From the NCBI GenBank assembly GCA_031431875.1, contig JANPEF010000146.1:1-13681 (forward strand): DNA of 13,681 nucleotides. Direction: 5' to 3'. Within the stretch, counting starts at the first letter, position 1. Each line of letters begins with the position of its first letter. This stretch comes from Candidatus Eiseniibacteriota bacterium. GTDB taxonomy: Bacteria > Eisenbacteria > RBG-16-71-46 > DASYSL01. Below are positions 1 to 7,034 of the stretch, piece by piece. The notes beneath the pieces were generated by a model. That model saw nothing but the letters and a program-made list of their open reading frames with translations, was not told where the DNA came from and searched no databases. The position numbers and the translations under genes are program-made.

Positions 1-587
1 GCGTCCGAGGCGCGCGAGTAGAGCGTGTCGCTCAGGATCTCCGGCGCGACGTAGCCAGGCGTGCCGCGCACCAGCTCATCCGCCCCCGCGTCCAGGCGGC
101 CCGCAAAGCCGAAGTCGAGGAGGTGGGCGCGCGGGGGCGCCTCCGGCGAGGCAGGGTCGCGCACCATCAGCACGTTCGACGGCTTGAGGTCGCAGTGGAC
201 GATCCCGGCGGCACCCAGGGCGTCGAGGCCGGCGAGAATCTCGAGCGCGGCTCGCAGGGCCGCCGGCACGTCGCCGGGGGCGAGCGCCTCGTCGATGGGC
301 GGGCCGTCGAGGAATTCCATCGTGAAGTAGGCGCCGCCGCCTTCGGCCTCGGGCAGGAGGCCGTAGTCGAAGACCCGCACGATGTTCGGGTGCTCGATCC
401 GGGCCAGGGTGGCGAACTCGTCGCGGAACCTCCCGATGGCCTCCTCGCCCGCGAGATGCAGGCGCTTGAGCGCGCGCAGGGGGCCCGCCGTCCCGCCGTC
501 GTGGACGAGCAGGACCTCGCCCATCCCGCCGCGCCCGAGGGGGCGGACGACGTGATAGCGGCCGGCGAAGATCGTGGGAGGGGTCAT
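1..587 (-). CDS. Hanks-type Ser/Thr protein kinase, N-terminal part (runs off the window start)
   Basis: Not in the ORF track because there is no stop in the window. Manual translation from ATG 587: MTPPTIFAGRYHVVRPLGRGGMGEV (Gly-rich loop)...RALKRL (catalytic Lys)...FRDEFATLARIEHPNIVRVFDYG...YFTMEFLDG...IVHCDLKPSNVL...LLDFG...RGTPGYVAPE. Confidence 0.95.
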   Translation of the reverse strand, partial: MTPPTIFAGRYHVVRPLGRGGMGEVLLVHDGGTAGPLRALKRLHLAGEEAIGRFRDEFATLARIEHPNIVRVFDYGLLPEAEGGGAYFTMEFLDGPPIDEALAPGDVPAALRAALEILAGLDALGAAGIVHCDLKPSNVLMVRDPASPEAPPRAHLLDFGFAGRLDAGADELVRGTPGYVAPEILSDTLYSRASD

Positions 588-596
588 GACCCAGGA

Positions 597-618
597 AGAC
601 TAGCGCAAGAAGTTGCGC
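597..618 (-). promoter_or_regulatory. Candidate -10 element (TAGTCT, 602-597) for the kinase with an adjacent palindrome GCGCAA-N4-TTGCGC (603-618)
   Basis: TAnnnT hexamer 9 nt upstream of the kinase ATG, no Shine-Dalgarno, no consensus -35. Perfect 6-bp inverted repeat directly upstream. Confidence 0.35.
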
Positions 619-637
619 GAAGCGCAGGATGAGCTTT

Positions 638-662
638 TAACTTATTGTGGCAAAGCTAGTTA
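638..662. promoter_or_regulatory. 25-bp AT-rich quasi-palindromic site (IHF-like), copy 1
   Basis: TAACTTATTGTGGCAAAGCTAGTTA, with TAACT/AGTTA inverted ends. Similar to the reverse complement of 6035-6059. Partial match to IHF YAA-N4-TTGATW. Confidence 0.5.
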
Positions 663-670
663 TGGATCAG

Positions 671-709
671 AAAAAACAAGGGCCCAGCGCAGGATTTGGC
701 GCAGGGCCC
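671..709 (-). terminator. Intrinsic terminator downstream of the AAA+ ATPase
   Basis: Minus strand reads GGGCCC-T-GCGC [CAAATCCT] GCGC-T-GGGCCC followed by TTGTTTTTT, about 40 nt after the stop at 749. Confidence 0.8.
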
Positions 710-748
710 CGAAGTCAGAAGCCAAAGCCTGCCGGCCCTTGGCCGACA

Positions 749-2194
749 TCAACCATCGATGAAGTACGTCCGGCAGATGTGGTCGAGCGCCTGCGGCGTG
801 AGCTGCGGGGGGAGCTCGTTGAAGCGGGCGAGGTCGATCACGTGCTCGACCAGGTCGCGCGGGTGGCAGGCGCGGAGCGGTCGGCGGTGGCGCTGGTAGT
901 ACTCGCGGATCAGGTAATCCACCGTCTCGCTCTCGAAGCGCACGCCCTTCTGCTCGCAGACGAGTTGGAAGATCTCGTAGAACTGCGACTCGGTCGGATC
1001 GTCGACGTGGATCTTGTAGCGGATGCGGCGCAGGAACGCCTCGTCGACCAGGTTCACCGGATCGATGTTCGTGGCGAAGATGAGGAGCTGGTCGAACGGC
1101 ACCGAGAACTTCTGCCCGGTGTGCAGCGTCAGGAAGTCGATGCGCTTCTCGAGCGGCAGGATCCAGCGGTTCAGCAGGTCACGGGGCGACACCTGCTGGC
1201 GGCCGAAGTCGTCGATGATGAACAGCCCGCCGTTGGCCTTCACCTGCAGCGGGGCCTCGTAGAACTTCGACGACGTCTCGTAGCGCAGGTCGAGCATCTC
1301 GAGCGTGAGCTCACCGCCCACCTCGACGACCGGCCGGCGGCAAAACACCCAGCGCTGGTCGTAGGCCATTCCGCCCTGCGTGATGTCGGTGTCGCCGTTG
1401 ACCGTGCGTGGCTTGGGGATGTCGATCGGCATGTGGTGCACCGGGTCGAACACCTTGACGATCTGGTTGCCGATCACGATCGCGTAGGGCACGTAGATGC
1501 CGCCGTGCATCAGCTCGCTCAGGCTCTCGGCGATCGACGTCTTGCCGTTGCCCGGGTCGCCGAAGAGGAAGATCGACTTGCCCGAGTTCACGGCCGGTCC
1601 CAGCTGCTCCATGATTCCGTGCGGCACGACCAGGTGGGTGAATGCGGCGTCGATCTCGGAGCGACGGACGACCAGGTTGCGCACGGTCTGCTTGGCGCAC
1701 ATGGCCAGGTACATGTCGATCGTGATCGGCGCGGGGCCGGCGTACGACGACAGGTCCATGATCTCGCGGGCGCGCTTGCGGCCCTCGTCGGTGAGCGCGT
1801 AGGTGTAGACGCCCTCCGAAATGCCGGCGCCCTTCTTGATCTCGCACAGCTTCTCGTCCTTGAGGAAGCGGAGCAGGGGCTGCACGACGGCCTGGAACGG
1901 CAAGCGCATGCGCTGGGCCAGCTCGTACCCGGCGAGGACGCCGCCGTAGTACAGGTGCTTCGTCGCGAGGTCGATCAGGAACTCCTCGCTGATGCCGGTC
2001 TCCGCGATCGAACGCGGTGGCTGGGGTGCGGTCTCGACGAACTGCTCGAAGGCCCCGTGGCGCAGGTAGTTGAGCTTGACGAGATTGTCTCCGAGCCGCC
2101 CCCCGGCTTCGCGCTGGAGATCCAGCGCCTCCTGGAGCTGCTGCTCGGTCACAAGGTTCGCATCGACAAGCTGTTTGCCGATTCTTGAATCCAT
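749..2194 (-). CDS. AAA+ ATPase with N-terminal MshEN-like domain and winged-helix-like middle region (481 aa)
   Basis: Walker A GDPGNGKT, Walker B LFIIDD, sensor-1-like FATN, Arg-finger region AFLRRI. N-terminus RIGKQLVDANLVTEQQLQEALDLQ-REAGG-RLGDNLVKLNYL. GAGG RBS upstream of the ATG. Confidence 0.92.
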   Translation of the reverse strand: MDSRIGKQLVDANLVTEQQLQEALDLQREAGGRLGDNLVKLNYLRHGAFEQFVETAPQPPRSIAETGISEEFLIDLATKHLYYGGVLAGYELAQRMRLPFQAVVQPLLRFLKDEKLCEIKKGAGISEGVYTYALTDEGRKRAREIMDLSSYAGPAPITIDMYLAMCAKQTVRNLVVRRSEIDAAFTHLVVPHGIMEQLGPAVNSGKSIFLFGDPGNGKTSIAESLSELMHGGIYVPYAIVIGNQIVKVFDPVHHMPIDIPKPRTVNGDTDITQGGMAYDQRWVFCRRPVVEVGGELTLEMLDLRYETSSKFYEAPLQVKANGGLFIIDDFGRQQVSPRDLLNRWILPLEKRIDFLTLHTGQKFSVPFDQLLIFATNIDPVNLVDEAFLRRIRYKIHVDDPTESQFYEIFQLVCEQKGVRFESETVDYLIREYYQRHRRPLRACHPRDLVEHVIDLARFNELPPQLTPQALDHICRTYFIDG

Positions 2195-2262
2195 CGTGGT
2201 ACCTCGTCGTGGCGCGTGCGTGCGGGCCTCGGCCCGGGCGCATCGTGCAAGTTGCAGCCCGC

Positions 2263-4113
2263 CTAGGGAGAGGCGGAACGTACCCCGTAACTCTTATCGT
2301 CCAGGAAGGCCGTCCGCATGAGCGGGATCGGCAGGCGCCCGATCGCCAGGAACTGGTCGTGAAAATCGTGCAGGTCGAAGCTCGCGCCCCGGGCCTTCTG
2401 GACCGCGGCCCGCATGTCCTGGATTTCCCATTTTCCGAGGGAATACACGAGGTAGGTCGGATCCGACGTTCCCCGCCGCGCCTCCCGCTCGGCGTTGACG
2501 CGCGCCAGGTGGCACTCCTTGAAGAAGAACCCGGTGCCCTGCTCCATGGTCCAGCCGTTGACGTGCATCTCGATGCCCACGATGTAGCGCCCGATCCGCT
2601 GCAGCGCCAGGTTGAGCATGGCCATCGTGTAGCGCGGATCACTGCCGCCGAAGCCCTCCTCGATCGCCATCTCCTCGCAGTAGTGCGCCCAGCCCTCGCT
2701 GTTCGAGCCGCTGCCCATGAACTGGCGAACCAGCGAGGGCACGTTCTTGAGGTGCAGGAACTGGTAGTAGTGGCCGGGGAACGCCTCGTGCACCGAGACG
2801 ATCTCGAGCTGCCACGGGTTGTAGAAGCTCAGGTGCTCGGCCTTTCTCGCGGCGTTCCACGACGCGTCAGGCGGCGTGACGTTGTAGTAGGCCTCGTTTG
2901 CGTTCTTCTCGTAGACGCCGGGCGAATCCATGCTGGCGAACGAGCTGCTGCGGTTGAACACCGGTGTCTCGGCGACGATCAGGTTCTGGTTCGGCGGTGG
3001 CGTGCAGATCCGCTTCTCCGCGATGAAGTGGCGGATCCTGGCCAGCCCGGCGGTGGTCACCGTGAGCAACGAGTCCTCGGCCGGCCCGAGCCGCGCCATG
3101 TCGGCGAGGATCGTCGCAGCCGACCTGGACGGGTCGATGAGTCGCGCCACCTCGTCCATCCGGCGATGGTTGTCGGCCAGCTCGCGGTAGCCGCGGGCGA
3201 GCAGGCTGTCGATCGGGATGCCGAAGCCCTCGTCGTAGAGCAGCTTCTGCTGGTAGGCGTCGCGGCCGATACGGAACTCGCCGTTCGAGCGCGGCAGCAG
3301 GTCCTGCTCGAGCCACGCGATGTAGCTCTCGACCTCGGCGATGGCGGCTTGCAGGCGGCGCGCGAACTCGGCCTTCACGGCGGGATCGGTGGCGGCGGCG
3401 AGCCTTGCGGGCACGACGTCGCGCAGGAACGTGACCAGGCCCTTGCCCTGCGAGATCGCGACCTCGGTGTGGATCCTCGGTGGATTCTCGAGGTTCATCC
3501 GCGCGTCGGCGAACACGCGCGCGGCATTGGCCAGGCGCGCGTTGACGGCGCGCAGGCGCACGTCGGCGGGCGCGAAGTCGCGCTTCACCAGCGCGAAGAC
3601 ACCGTTCGAGAGCACTCCGGAGTAGTAGTTGGGATTGCGCCGCCACGAGCGAATCGTCCCCAGGTCGAGATCGATCGCCTGCATCCGGGCGAGGAACGCC
3701 TCCTGGTCGAGGCGGCGCCACGGGCTGAGGTGATCGGGCTCCACGCCGCGCATGGCGAGGAGGTAGTTGCGCGCCCGCTCCTGCCGCTTGAGGATGGAGG
3801 TACGGGACGTGGCCTCGAGACGCGTGTCGTACTCGTGCCGGCCGGCGTTGGTGGCGAACGTCGGCCGCTCCATCGCCTCCTCCGCGAACCAGGCGTCGAC
3901 GATCTGGTCGAAGCGGCGATCGGCCGCGGTCTTCGCCGATTCCCCGACCGCCGGGACGTAGGCCGGGAACACCCGCGGGGGCGCGGGAGCGTAGAATGGC
4001 ACCTGCTGGGCGCATGCGGGTCCGGCGGCCGGGCCGGCAGACAGTCCGGCGGCCAGGGCGCAGACGACGAGCCCCGCGGCCGCGATGCGGCGCGAGCGAT
4101 ACGACGAGTTCAC
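2263..4113 (-). CDS. DUF885 family exported protein, putative zinc metallopeptidase-like (616 aa)
   Basis: Start trimmed to GTG 4113 (GGGAGG RBS; signal peptide RSRRIAAAGLVVCALAAG...ACA). Family-type motifs HEAFPGHYYQ, SEGWAHYCE, YLVYSLGKWEI, FDLHDFHDQFL. Confidence 0.9.
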   Translation of the reverse strand: MNSSYRSRRIAAAGLVVCALAAGLSAGPAAGPACAQQVPFYAPAPPRVFPAYVPAVGESAKTAADRRFDQIVDAWFAEEAMERPTFATNAGRHEYDTRLEATSRTSILKRQERARNYLLAMRGVEPDHLSPWRRLDQEAFLARMQAIDLDLGTIRSWRRNPNYYSGVLSNGVFALVKRDFAPADVRLRAVNARLANAARVFADARMNLENPPRIHTEVAISQGKGLVTFLRDVVPARLAAATDPAVKAEFARRLQAAIAEVESYIAWLEQDLLPRSNGEFRIGRDAYQQKLLYDEGFGIPIDSLLARGYRELADNHRRMDEVARLIDPSRSAATILADMARLGPAEDSLLTVTTAGLARIRHFIAEKRICTPPPNQNLIVAETPVFNRSSSFASMDSPGVYEKNANEAYYNVTPPDASWNAARKAEHLSFYNPWQLEIVSVHEAFPGHYYQFLHLKNVPSLVRQFMGSGSNSEGWAHYCEEMAIEEGFGGSDPRYTMAMLNLALQRIGRYIVGIEMHVNGWTMEQGTGFFFKECHLARVNAEREARRGTSDPTYLVYSLGKWEIQDMRAAVQKARGASFDLHDFHDQFLAIGRLPIPLMRTAFLDDKSYGVRSASP

Positions 4114-4179
4114 GAACCCTCCCGGGGCGGCGGGATGGAACGACCGGTGGGTCACGGCACACCGGAGGAGAAACTGCGG

Positions 4180-5343
4180 ATGAAGTCGGCCCACGCGGAC
4201 CGGGAAGTCGAGTCTAGGAGCGCCCGGAGGGGGCGTCAAGCGCGGCTCCCCGTGAATCTGGGGCTGCTGGCGCTGGTCCTCGCCGTGGGCGGGGTCGCGC
4301 TCTCGAGCCCACCCAAGGCCCGGGCGGTGGCTTCCTCGGCGGTCGGGCGGGACACCACCCGCGCCTTTCCCTTCTACCGGCGGGGCCTCGCGCTCTATTC
4401 CGACGGCAAGCCCATCGAGGCGCTCCGCCAGTTCCAGAACGCCACCTTCTTCGACCCGGCCAACGCCGAGTTCCGCTTCGCCCAGGGGTTGTGCCTGCTC
4501 AAGGTCGAGGAGTACGGGCAGGCCCGGACGCAGTTCGAGCGCGCCCTCGCCGCCGCGCCCGATCACGCCCGCGCGCACTACAACCTGGGCCTCGCCGAAG
4601 CGGCGTTCGACGACTCGGCCGATGCGCGGCATCATTTCCTGCGCGCTTCGGCGCTCGATCCGCAGCTGCCCGGCGTCGCCTGGGCGCGGGCGCAGCTCGC
4701 CGAGAAGGGCGGCGATTCGACCGGCGCGCTTGCCGCGCTGCGTGAAGAACGCGCCGTTTCAGCCGATAGCGCGACGACCCGTGCGGCGCTCGGGCAGGCG
4801 TTCGCCCGCGCGGGCCGGCCCGACAGTGCGCTCGCCGAGTTCGACGCCGCACTCGCCCTCGCGCCGGGGCCGGGACGCACGGACGTGCTCGTCGAGCGGG
4901 CCCGGGCGCTCGATGCGCTCGACCGCCCCATCGATGCGGCGCGCGGCTGGCGCCAGGCGGCGCAGCGGGACACCGCGCGCGCGGACCTGCGTGCCGCCGA
5001 GGGGGTGGACTGGTTCCGTGCAGGGCATCCCGACTCGGCGATCGCCGCCTTCGACCGCGCGATGGCCCTCGATCCGCACGATGCGCGGAGCGCATTCAAT
5101 CGCGGCGTCGCGCTCGAGAGCGTGCAGCGGCTCGACGACGCGACGGCGAGCTATCGCGACGCGATCGCGCGCGACTCGGCGTACGCCGACCCGTGGCTCA
5201 ACCTGGGATCCTTGCTGGCGCGACAGGGGAGGGCCAAGGAGGCGGGCGCGGCGCTCGATCAGTGGTTGGCGCTGGCGCCGGATTCGCCGCGCGCCCCCGA
5301 GATCCGGCGGGCGCGGGCGAGCTTGCTCAGGAAGCGGGGCTAG
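4180..5343 (+). CDS. Tetratricopeptide-repeat protein with N-terminal hydrophobic anchor or signal (387 aa)
   Basis: ATG 4180 with GGAGGAG RBS at 4164-4170. Hydrophobic LGLLALVLAVGGVAL followed by many TPR units (ARAHYNLGLA, AFDRAMALDP, SAFNRGVALE, PWLNLGSLLA, WLALAPDSP). The upstream part of the 1052-aa ORF is a shadow of the DUF885 gene. Confidence 0.9.
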   Translation: MKSAHADREVESRSARRGRQARLPVNLGLLALVLAVGGVALSSPPKARAVASSAVGRDTTRAFPFYRRGLALYSDGKPIEALRQFQNATFFDPANAEFRFAQGLCLLKVEEYGQARTQFERALAAAPDHARAHYNLGLAEAAFDDSADARHHFLRASALDPQLPGVAWARAQLAEKGGDSTGALAALREERAVSADSATTRAALGQAFARAGRPDSALAEFDAALALAPGPGRTDVLVERARALDALDRPIDAARGWRQAAQRDTARADLRAAEGVDWFRAGHPDSAIAAFDRAMALDPHDARSAFNRGVALESVQRLDDATASYRDAIARDSAYADPWLNLGSLLARQGRAKEAGAALDQWLALAPDSPRAPEIRRARASLLRKRG

Positions 5344-5357
5344 TTCCGGCTCGAGGC

Positions 5358-5873
5358 TTAGCGGCAGATCCCGTCGCTGTTCGCGCCACCCGGCACGATC
5401 TGGACGATTCCTGGCGTATAGCCCTGCGGCGAAGGCAGGCCGTCGGGTTCACCGCTCTTGACGCTGGCGAGCAGCGTGCGACGCTCGCGATCCGACATCG
5501 ACGAGTTGAGCTCGGCCGGCCGGGCCGACGTCGCGAGCGACGCGACCGGGACCACACCGACGTTGCTCACGCCCAGCGACAGCGCGGACCAGTCGGTCGG
5601 ATCGACCTGCGCTGCCGGTGCCGGCGCGACGCGGACTTCGGGTGCGGGAGTCGGGATCATCCACGGCTGCATTGCAGCATCCTGCGAGGTCACGGCCGCG
5701 ACGCGCGTCGACGTCTTCGCCGTGGCGGCAGAGGTCGTGAGCGCGGCGCGCGACATGGCGTACCACGCCGCGATGAACACGAGGAGCAGCAGCGAGACGA
5801 GCAGGATCTGCGATGGGCGTCGCGCCGCAAGAGTTCGAACGCGCGAGGTGTGGGCTGCGATGCTTGAATCCAT
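5358..5873 (-). CDS. Hypothetical single-pass membrane or secreted protein (171 aa)
   Basis: ATG 5873 with GGAGGGAG RBS. TM helix ILLVSLLLLVFIAAWYAM, then an Ala/Thr/Pro-rich linker. Fills the gap between two real genes. No family recognised. Confidence 0.75.
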   Translation of the reverse strand: MDSSIAAHTSRVRTLAARRPSQILLVSLLLLVFIAAWYAMSRAALTTSAATAKTSTRVAAVTSQDAAMQPWMIPTPAPEVRVAPAPAAQVDPTDWSALSLGVSNVGVVPVASLATSARPAELNSSMSDRERRTLLASVKSGEPDGLPSPQGYTPGIVQIVPGGANSDGICR

Positions 5874-6034
5874 GGCTCCCTCCGGACCCCGGTCTGGGTC
5901 GATGAGCTGCTGATAGAGAGTGTGCGCCTCCGCGATCGGGAGCACAACCACCGCGTTGCCCGGTCCCCTGGCGATTGTGTCCCGCTGGCCACGGGCCGGC
6001 GATCGACCGGTGGCGCTCCGTCCATCCGCGGCCA

Positions 6035-6059
6035 CAAACAACTGTGCAACAATAAGTTG
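6035..6059. promoter_or_regulatory. 25-bp AT-rich site (IHF-like), copy 2, in the divergent intergenic region
   Basis: Reverse complement CAACTTATTGTTGCACAGTTGTTTG aligns without gaps to 638-662. Confidence 0.45.
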
Positions 6060-6196
6060 AACGAACCAATCCAACCCGGCACGCGGCGTGCGATGGCACC
6101 GTGGCGAGGCGCCGGGACGAGAGGTTCGGGCACGCACCCGCTGCGGGGAAACGCCCCGAAGGCGGTCTTCGCCCGGCGCCGACCCTGGAGATGACG

Positions 6197-6937
6197 ATGA
6201 ACGGCAGTGGACGCTTCGATTCGCGGGTACTCGCTGCGGTGGTGACGGCCCTCGGGATCATCACGGCGGCGTGGATCGCCGCCGGTGCGGCCCGACACTT
6301 CGTGGACTCGCGCGCGACGATCACGGTCACCGGCTCGGCGAAACAGACGCTGCGCTCGGACCGCGTGCTGTGGCGCGGCATGTACAGCGCGCAGTCGCCG
6401 CAACTCGCCGCCGCTTACGCCGAGCTCGAGGCGACGCGGCGCACGGTGCTCGCCTACCTCGCGACCCAGGGCCATGCCGACAGCGCGGTGACGGTGAGCC
6501 AGGTGATGACCCAGCCGCTCAACGAGCGGACGCCCAGCGGCATGCCGACCGAGCGCATCGAGGCGTACCGGCTGGTGCAGACGGTCGAGATCCGCTCGCG
6601 CGACGTGACGCGGATCGCCACGCTGGCCCGCGAGTCGACGGAGCTCCTGCGCCAGGGCGTGCGCTTCGAGTCGAACCCGCCGGAATTCGGTGTCTCGAAC
6701 CTCGCCGACCTCAAGAAGCAGATGCTCGCCGCGGCGACGAAGGACGCGCGGGCGCGTGCTGAAGAGATGGCGAAGAACGCGGGCTCGAAGATCGGGCGCC
6801 TGCGCGGGGCGCGCATGGGCGTCTTCCAGGTGACGCCGGCCGGGTCGACGGATGTCAGCGACTACGGCGTGAACGATACGTCCTCGCTGGAAAAGGACAT
6901 CACGGCGGTGGTCTCGGCGACCTTCGAGCTGCGCTGA
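6197..6937 (+). CDS. SIMPL domain (DUF541) protein (246 aa)
   Basis: GGAG RBS at 6187-6190 favours ATG 6197 (alternative 6191). N-terminal TM, TITVTGSA, LKKQMLAAATKDARARAEEMAKNAGSKIGRL, and C-terminal KDITAVVSATFELR are typical of SIMPL proteins. Confidence 0.9.
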   Translation: MNGSGRFDSRVLAAVVTALGIITAAWIAAGAARHFVDSRATITVTGSAKQTLRSDRVLWRGMYSAQSPQLAAAYAELEATRRTVLAYLATQGHADSAVTVSQVMTQPLNERTPSGMPTERIEAYRLVQTVEIRSRDVTRIATLARESTELLRQGVRFESNPPEFGVSNLADLKKQMLAAATKDARARAEEMAKNAGSKIGRLRGARMGVFQVTPAGSTDVSDYGVNDTSSLEKDITAVVSATFELR

Positions 6938-6953
6938 CGACCGCAGTCACCGT

Positions 6954-7009
6954 GGCAGCATGCGAAACGGCCCGCCCGGGTCTCCCCGGACGGGCCGTTC
7001 GCTGTTGCC
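6954..7009. terminator. Long hairpin between convergent genes, probable bidirectional terminator
   Basis: AACGGCCCGCCCGGG [TCTC] CCCGGACGGGCCGTT, a 15-bp stem with one mismatch, extendable by GGCAGCA/TGTTGCC. U-tracts are short. Confidence 0.7.
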
Positions 7010-7034
7010 TGCTGCAGTTCGCTGCGAAGACAGC

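Noticed and set aside
647..2188. 513-aa plus-strand ORF
   Set aside because: Antisense shadow of the AAA+ ATPase. No motifs, and typical of high-GC DNA.
2185..4179. N-terminal 665 aa of the 1052-aa ORF, which would suggest a giant TPR fusion
   Set aside because: Shadow of the DUF885 gene. The real start with RBS and signal segment is at 4180.
4114..4635. N-terminal extension of the DUF885 ORF
   Set aside because: Overlaps the TPR gene on the opposite strand. GTG 4113 has an RBS and a signal peptide.
2184..5873. Two genes begin with the identical 11 nt ATGGATTCAAG (at 2194 and 5873)
   Set aside because: Short, includes the start codon and does not extend further. Likely chance plus AT-rich 5' codon bias.
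5874..6196. Known riboswitch (c-di-GMP-I, cobalamin, SAM) or SRP RNA in the divergent intergenic region
   Set aside because: The conserved core sequences of those families were not recognisable. Only generic GC-rich hairpins are present.
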